64,000 nucleotides of DNA from Glycera tridactyla (lineage: Eukaryota), in NCBI GenBank assembly GCA_965644265.1, contig OZ286467.1, forward strand, positions 63,302,001 through 63,366,000, in the 5' to 3' direction. The notes below the pieces were generated by a model that saw only the letters and a program-made list of their open reading frames with translations, made no database searches and had not been told where the DNA came from. Shown here in pieces: positions 61,201 through 64,000 of the stretch; position 1 is the first letter of the stretch, and each line of letters opens with the position of its first letter. The position numbers and the translations under genes are program-made.

Positions 61201-63820
61201 TCTCCCTCCCGTCCTCCCCGCACTATTGTTGTGGTGTGTATATACGAAGTGCGCAGGTGCGGATGCGCGTATGTTTACATCCGCCGAAGGGGATCCTCTT
61301 CGGGGATATTGGTGCGGATCGGAGGGGGAGTACTTTTGGAAAATCTTCACTTATGTTGTGAAGTTCGAGCGTGGGCAGTTAGCCGAGGGCAAATGCTTAA
61401 TTTGAAGGAGAAGCAGGTATAGTATTAACCCCCAGGTTAGAAAAACCTGGGTTTCGGTATGTTCACACAAGTTGTTATCTTTTGCGGTCAGTTGTAACAA
61501 CCTCTCTGTAGTGATCAAACTGAACGATATATAGAATTTCATCATCGTGTATTTGTCCATACGTATCCTAAATCATTTCCTAGGCGAGAGGCATGACCGG
61601 GGATATATAGACTTCATCCACTTCACCCACATCTATATCTCATCCATTCAAATGATAATGCAGAATTACTTTGGGAGAACTAATTTTACCTAATGTTCAT
61701 CCTCTTTGCTTTCAGAAGCACCAGCAGTAGTTACCACAGGTATGTAAACACCAGATTCTATTTATTGCCGTCAGTAGTACCAACCACGCCAAATTGATCA
61801 AATGGACCAACATATGATATCATCATCCATCATTTTCCCATGTGTATTCCGATTCGTTCCAGGGCAAAGAAGCATGAGAGCAACAATAATTAGTTCTGGA
61901 TTCTATAGTTGATCATCTATTCTCCCAAGTCTGTCCTAAAGATATTGGTACTCTAGATTGATCAGGTGCATCTCGAAAAATATATGTTGACTATTTCATT
62001 CCAATGCAATGGATCATCACTGACTTTGCATATATGAGCCTCATCACATTCGACATTCATATGTCATTCGATCAAGTCAAAAATGTGGAATATTATTCAT
62101 GGATGGCCATTTTATCAAAAATTCTGTCACTCCAAAATATTATTACAATAATTTATCTTACTTACCTTGTTATCTGTGTCTACTTACAGCAGCCCCAGGA
62201 GCACCTACAACAGGTACGTGAACACCAACAAAATGAGCAAGTGATTACCCATTTTCGATTTCATCATTGTTGGACTGTACCTGTATGTCCCAATCACATC
62301 CGTGGTCCATGGGCATAGACAGCAAGGTATTGAGTGTCATCTATGGAATCGGTCTAATAGAGATGGTGCCCATATGAATATATGGATGAATCCAGCACCC
62401 TCCTACTTTTGATCCTATTTTATATTTGTATACTTCTATGAATCACTCTTCACTCATTCTACCTTTCTCTGTATCTCAACTGCTGAAAAAATAATGCCAA
62501 AATACTTTTTGAAGATCAATACTACTGAATGTTCATCCTCTTTGCTTTCAGAAGCCCCGGCAGTAGCTACCACAGGTATGTTTACACCAGTTGTTATTTA
62601 TTGCCATCAGTGGTACCAACCTCTCAGTATTGATCGAACTAATCCATATATAGAATTCCATTATCCTTCATTTTTCCATGCATATCCTGATTCATTTCCT
62701 GGCCGAGAGGCATGACAGAAAATAAAGAAAGTTCTGAATTTGATACCATCTTTCGACTTTCACTGTGCTCATATGGATATGCAACTCAATATTGCACTTT
62801 ATCTTCTGACCATATCGTGTTCATGTGCCCTCTAAAGTATCTGCAAAAGATATCGGCTCTTGGTATTGAAGGTGTGCATCTGAAAAAATATATGTTGACT
62901 AAGCCATTCAAATGAAAGGAATTATTGATGGATGGCCACTAAACTGATAATCTGTGGTTTATGAGACATGAAGGTGTCGAGTGTCACTGTGTGATCATTA
63001 TGTAAAGGCTGTCTTCAATGTTATTAGGATATCAGAGAATGACATGATTGAAATTCATTTTTTTTGCAGGACCAGCAGCAACAACAGCAGGTACGAAAAG
63101 TAAAAAGGATGTAGACCAGGAATACAAATACTTTCAACCTACTACTCCTCTCATTTGCCAAGATGAGGCATATTACAATTTTTTGCTGATGATAATACCG
63201 ATGGAATGTGAACAAATGATAATTGGAGAGTCGAATGTATTCTGTCATTGACTTGAAGTCAAGGCCGATGGTGGTTAAACAGATAGTTCCACCTGAAGAA
63301 AATATGTTACCTTTTATCTGGTCATTGTTCCACTGTTTCCCTTGTTTCGTCTTTTTTTATCATCCCTGGTGCACCTCATCCCTCTCAGTCATCCCTGAAT
63401 CTTCAAGCAAGGGGACACATCATCATGTCCAATTATATGAGTCTATCTATCAAGTGAATGTCGTATATGATACTGTGCATGGCAAGGCACATATCTGGAT
63501 TCGAGCACTTGGCAAGTTAATATTTCAGAAGCTAGATCTTCAAAAAGAATGGAAGGGCTGTGCTAAGATCATATTGTCATAGATGAAATAGGCACTTCGC
63601 CTGATGCATCATCAAAGAATATCACGACAGTTTGCTGGACACAGGGATATGAAATCTAAATCTCATTTTTACTCAGATACTTCTCGACATGTCCTGTATT
63701 TATGTCAGCTAAAGAGCATGTTGAATCTCTCTTTTGCACATTTAGGACTGACACCATTTGCTGGAGGTGAAGAACTGACAACGACAGCAGCTGAAGAGGA
63801 GGAAGAAGGCTTCACAACTG
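1193..63820 (+). CDS. Internal portion of a multi-micro-exon gene encoding a mucin-like Ala/Thr/Pro/Glu-rich repeat protein (~93 aa per unit, ~1170 aa in window; no start or stop visible)
   Basis: Ten exon types per unit, each with a pyrimidine tract + AG and a GT donor (gtatgt/gtatgc/gtacgt/gtacga/gtaggt). All lengths are multiples of 3, all phase 1, and no stops occur in the joined frame. Most exon variants noticed between units are synonymous. Confidence 0.88.
1668..1691 (+). CDS. Unit 1 micro-exon B (24 nt): AAPGAPTT
   Basis: gtctacttacag|CAGCCCCAGGAGCACCTACAACAG|gtacgt; NAGNAG acceptor. Confidence 0.87.
2030..2053 (+). CDS. Unit 1 micro-exon C (24 nt): EAPAVATT
   Basis: tttttgctttcag|AAGCCCCAGCAGTGGCTACCACAG|gtatgt. 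Confidence 0.88.
2555..2575 (+). CDS. Unit 1 micro-exon D (21 nt): GPAATTA
   Basis: Long T tract ..tttgttttttgcag|GACCAGCAGCAACAACAGCAG|gtacaa (gtacga in other units). Confidence 0.85.
3228..3302 (+). CDS. Unit 1 exon E (75 nt): GLTPFAGGEELTTTAAEEEEEVFTT
   Basis: ctcttttgcccatgtag|GACTGACACC...TTCACAACTG|gtaggt. Copies start at 7654, 12077, 16499, 20925, 25349, 29772, 34195, 38619, 43029, 47444, 51859, 63746. Confidence 0.88.
3946..3969 (+). CDS. Unit 1 micro-exon F (24 nt): GAPAAATT
   Basis: cttcattgctttcag|GAGCACCAGCAGCTGCAACCACAG|gtatgt. Confidence 0.88.
4232..4255 (+). CDS. Unit 1 micro-exon G (24 nt): EAPEVPTT
   Basis: cttctttgctttcag|AAGCACCAGAGGTACCCACCACAG|gtatgc. Confidence 0.86.
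4769..4792 (+). CDS. Unit 1 micro-exon H (24 nt): AAPGAPTT
   Basis: ctttgtctacttccag|CAGCCCCGGGAGCACCAACAACAG|gtacgt; paralog of exon B. Confidence 0.87.
5064..5078 (+). CDS. Unit 1 candidate micro-exon I (15 nt): AVATT
   Basis: cccatatctatag|CAGTAGCTACCACAG|gtatgt; equals the last 15 nt of a C-type exon; weak pyrimidine tract. Confidence 0.55.
5337..5360 (+). CDS. Unit 1 micro-exon J (24 nt): EAPAAATT
   Basis: ctctttgctttcag|AAGCCCCAGCAGCAGCTACCACAG|gtatgt. Confidence 0.88.
5620..10045 (+). repeat. Array unit 2 (4426 bp); exon G donor mutated
   Basis: Exons A 5620, B 6094, C 6455, D 6984, E 7654, F 8372, G 8658. Confidence 0.97.
10046..14468 (+). repeat. Array unit 3 (4423 bp)
   Basis: A 10046, E 12077; exon F donor variant gtgtgt. 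Confidence 0.97.
14469..18890 (+). repeat. Array unit 4 (4422 bp)
   Basis: A 14469, E 16499; unit-1-like C-E introns. Confidence 0.97.
18891..23316 (+). repeat. Array unit 5 (4426 bp); exon G donor mutated
   Basis: A 18891, E 20925, G 21929; near-copy of unit 2 through exon H. Confidence 0.97.
23317..27740 (+). repeat. Array unit 6 (4424 bp)
   Basis: A 23317, E 25349. Confidence 0.97.
27741..32163 (+). repeat. Array unit 7 (4423 bp)
   Basis: A 27741, E 29772. Confidence 0.97.
32164..36586 (+). repeat. Array unit 8 (4423 bp)
   Basis: A 32164, E 34195; near-identical to unit 7. Confidence 0.97.
36587..41007 (+). repeat. Array unit 9 (4421 bp); hybrid between the two unit subfamilies
   Basis: A 36587, E 38619; type-I sequence up to ~37.9 kb, type-II variants from ~38.1 kb. 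Confidence 0.95.
41008..45418 (+). repeat. Array unit 10 (4411 bp), subfamily II
   Basis: A 41008 (EAPAVVTT), E 43029; 4-bp intron deletion before exon B. Confidence 0.97.
45419..49833 (+). repeat. Array unit 11 (4415 bp), subfamily II
   Basis: A 45419, E 47444. Confidence 0.97.
53989..54178 (+). repeat. DIRS left ITR
   Basis: 54005-54178 is the reverse complement of 61242-61415 (174 bp); the outermost ~16 bp differ from the right ITR, as expected for DIRS non-identical ITRs. Confidence 0.96.
54611..54635 (+). promoter_or_regulatory. Candidate 3' splice acceptor / conserved leader motif 16 nt upstream of gag ATG
   Basis: gtttgtgattttcatatcattacag|gtgctctataacaaccATG; the core is shared with 615-636 (minus strand). 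Confidence 0.4.
54652..58041 (+). pseudogene. gag: DIRS ORF1 (gag-like), 1129 codons with one in-frame TAA at 55867-55869
   Basis: Track ORFs 54652-55869 and 56332-58041 share a frame, and 55870-56331 is open in it. N-terminal Cys/His cluster (CGHF..HPVCPSC..C..CNIC), central Ser/Lys low-complexity region, C-terminal RR..L..LP....LFAG motif of DIRS gag type, RG-rich tail. Confidence 0.85.
55981..56193 (+). repeat. 24-nt coding repeat (SSDKPKSG) x ~8-9 within gag
   Basis: tct tcg gac aaa cct aaa tct ggt and variants, in the gag frame. Confidence 0.9.
58043..60127 (+). pseudogene. pol: DIRS pol: reverse transcriptase - RNase H - adenine methyltransferase-like, two in-frame stops (58604-58606 TGA, 59009-59011 TAG)
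   Basis: Track ORFs 57728-58606, 58616-59011 and 59012-60127 share a frame. Motifs: VGARLQNF, YSRIFLVTK..GGYRPIINLK, IDLKDAYFHVPI, LPFGLCSAP*VFT, YLDDWL, TDASLVGWG, INSLELEA, SDSSTAVAY, HIPGKRNVLADSLSR, DLMA..N, YIFPP, APWW..QSWF. Probable ATG at 58043 follows the gag stop by one base. Confidence 0.93.
58102..61035 (+). CDS. DIRS tyrosine recombinase ORF (977 aa open frame; recombinase domain in the C-terminal ~340 aa)
   Basis: ALASGRRRSEIHAL, LCPVRAL, HELRAFSAS, FWRS..TFGTYYLRD fit the R..HxxR..W..Y catalytic set; the N-terminal ~675 codons overlap pol in another frame; the true start is uncertain. Confidence 0.93.
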   Translation: MAEHNKQSVHFRHDQRGINLDLSKSTCAIDKMASFFSTEGRESKKRGPSRRNSHDVGKEGHFPYYTRSVTRILQPDISGNQVHRGLSTDNQFETSEPIYIQSEVQNGNNEVDSESRITRRLDSVHRSQRCVLSRTHPCGLPEVSALCSVSDGRLRISCSPVRIVLCPLSLHYASSRGGATPSYERDKIPLLPGRLVAQAPGPETASDTSDLHFGINSQVRLDSKRNEVRSYSKPNIRLPGHGLQHVLVPGSSYPQASSETRGLGEAVSESANTTSSFSPQTSRTYVQPFRHYSSGATPHETTLVGSSQPVESVPGRSRPVCSVTRRGSSRSSLVERSETLFRRSSIGDTRTIINSNDGCVSGRVGSPHGERWFSSGSVRLMAGTLQGQVDKLPGAGSHSSSNTGVLFDDVQPSSAGFVGQFHGCGLSKQSRRHPVFPPVWTNMESVQEDGSTQHFSSCETYTRQEKCASRLIVKNLSSPDRMGAPSISVQQDSSEAQPLSDSGSDGDTLQQEAASVRVSLSRSNSTGSRRAVNVVGGARSSIHFSPNIHDSRCSEQAERDRSNNDMHSSLVEEPILVRRSARNVNRLTPRASTSSEHSNTESVRQTGQPLPTPGAESSRLVSIRSNLSRKGFSAEAVERISRPTRQSTARVYDGRWVRWESCCSQHQVDKERPAMNLVADFLLSLWNSGMAYETIKGYRSAINSVLSRSGIRIADSSEINDLLKNFALERPVLHKSIPQWNLPLVLSYLRFHPFEPVEEISLPYLAKKAAFLIALASGRRRSEIHALSGLPDSVRFSRDLSKVSLICEPGFLSKNQKPDGQSPIIQIPALKITQGVSQADRLLCPVRALECFYRRSLPGRGNRRKLFYDPSSLLDKDMRVDRISRWVQDIVKGAYLASGLDPDSIGDHVSAHELRAFSASWRMFNRSCSLEEVMRSAFWRSRSTFGTYYLRDMCGQAMDLYSLGPIVADQAVIVPPD
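61101..61195. other. DIRS internal complementary region (ICR)
   Basis: 61101-61139 is the reverse complement of 53989-54027; 61137-61195 is the reverse complement of 61400-61458; the halves overlap at acc (= GGT). Confidence 0.96.
61242..61458 (-). repeat. DIRS right ITR plus right extension
   Basis: ITR 61242-61430; extension 61431-61455 contains hairpin cccaggtt-agaaa-aacctggg. Confidence 0.95.
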
Positions 63821-64000
63821 GTAGGTTTGATGTCAAAAGCATGCTCTTGATATATATTCTGCATTCGTCATATGAATCTTCATGTCAAAAACTTCCACTT
63901 GAAATATTCAATATCCAATTGAATTTTCCAAAATGTTGTACATTTTTTCACACCTTCACAACAGATTTTACTTCTCTTCTATTCTCAACCCTTGTATGTT
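61716..64000 (+). repeat. Array unit 13 (partial, exons A-E)
   Basis: A 61716-61739, B 62190-62213, C 62552-62575, D 63070-63090, E 63746-63820. Confidence 0.96.

Larger units (their letters stand above)
53989..61458 (+). mobile_element. Full-length DIRS1-like tyrosine-recombinase retrotransposon
   Basis: Inverted terminal repeats, internal complementary region, gag-like ORF, RT-RNaseH-MT ORF and overlapping YR ORF. Junctions cacaGGT/taattc (53989-53991) and gtttc/GGTatgttc (61456-61458). Confidence 0.97.
49834..61715 (+). repeat. Array unit 12 (4415 bp + 7467 bp DIRS insertion after exon J)
   Basis: A 49834, E 51859, J 53966-53989; the J-A intron resumes at 61459 (atgttcacacaag). Confidence 0.97.
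1157..64000 (+). repeat. Coding macrosatellite: tandem array of ~4.42 kb units (12 complete + 1 partial), interrupted by a DIRS element
   Basis: Exon A starts at 1193, 5620, 10046, 14469, 18891, 23317, 27741, 32164, 36587, 41008, 45419, 49834, 61716. Periods are 4411-4427; the last is 11882 = 4415 + 7467 (insertion). Confidence 0.99.

Noticed and set aside
53989-61458. GGT at both ends as a classical 3-bp target-site duplication
   Set aside because: The ICR shows that one GGT belongs to the element's circle junction, so this is a recombination core, not an integrase-type TSD.

Overview
Eukaryotic (probably invertebrate animal) genomic DNA. About 55 kb is a head-to-tail array of a ~4.42 kb unit: 12 full copies plus a partial 13th. 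The unit appears to be the coding core of a spliced + strand gene. Each unit carries ten AG/GT-flanked exons (24,24,24,21,75,24,24,24,15,24 nt), all phase 1 and all ending in G. They splice to a 93-aa Ala/Thr/Pro/Glu-rich mucin-like repeat: EAPAVGTT AAPGAPTT EAPAVATT GPAATTA GLTPFAGGEELTTTAAEEEEEVFTT GAPAAATT EAPEVPTT AAPGAPTT AVATT EAPAAATT. That gives ~125 candidate exons in the window; the gene start and end are not visible. A full-length ~7.47 kb DIRS-type tyrosine-recombinase retrotransposon (gag, RT/RNaseH/MT, YR, ITRs, ICR) is inserted at the G|GT splice donor of exon J in unit 12, with GGT at both junctions. Its gag and pol carry three in-frame stops while the YR frame is open. The first ~1.15 kb looks like the left end of a second, related DIRS element in antisense orientation, abutting a branch-point-like motif in the intron before exon A. 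Splicing and expression are inferred from sequence only.
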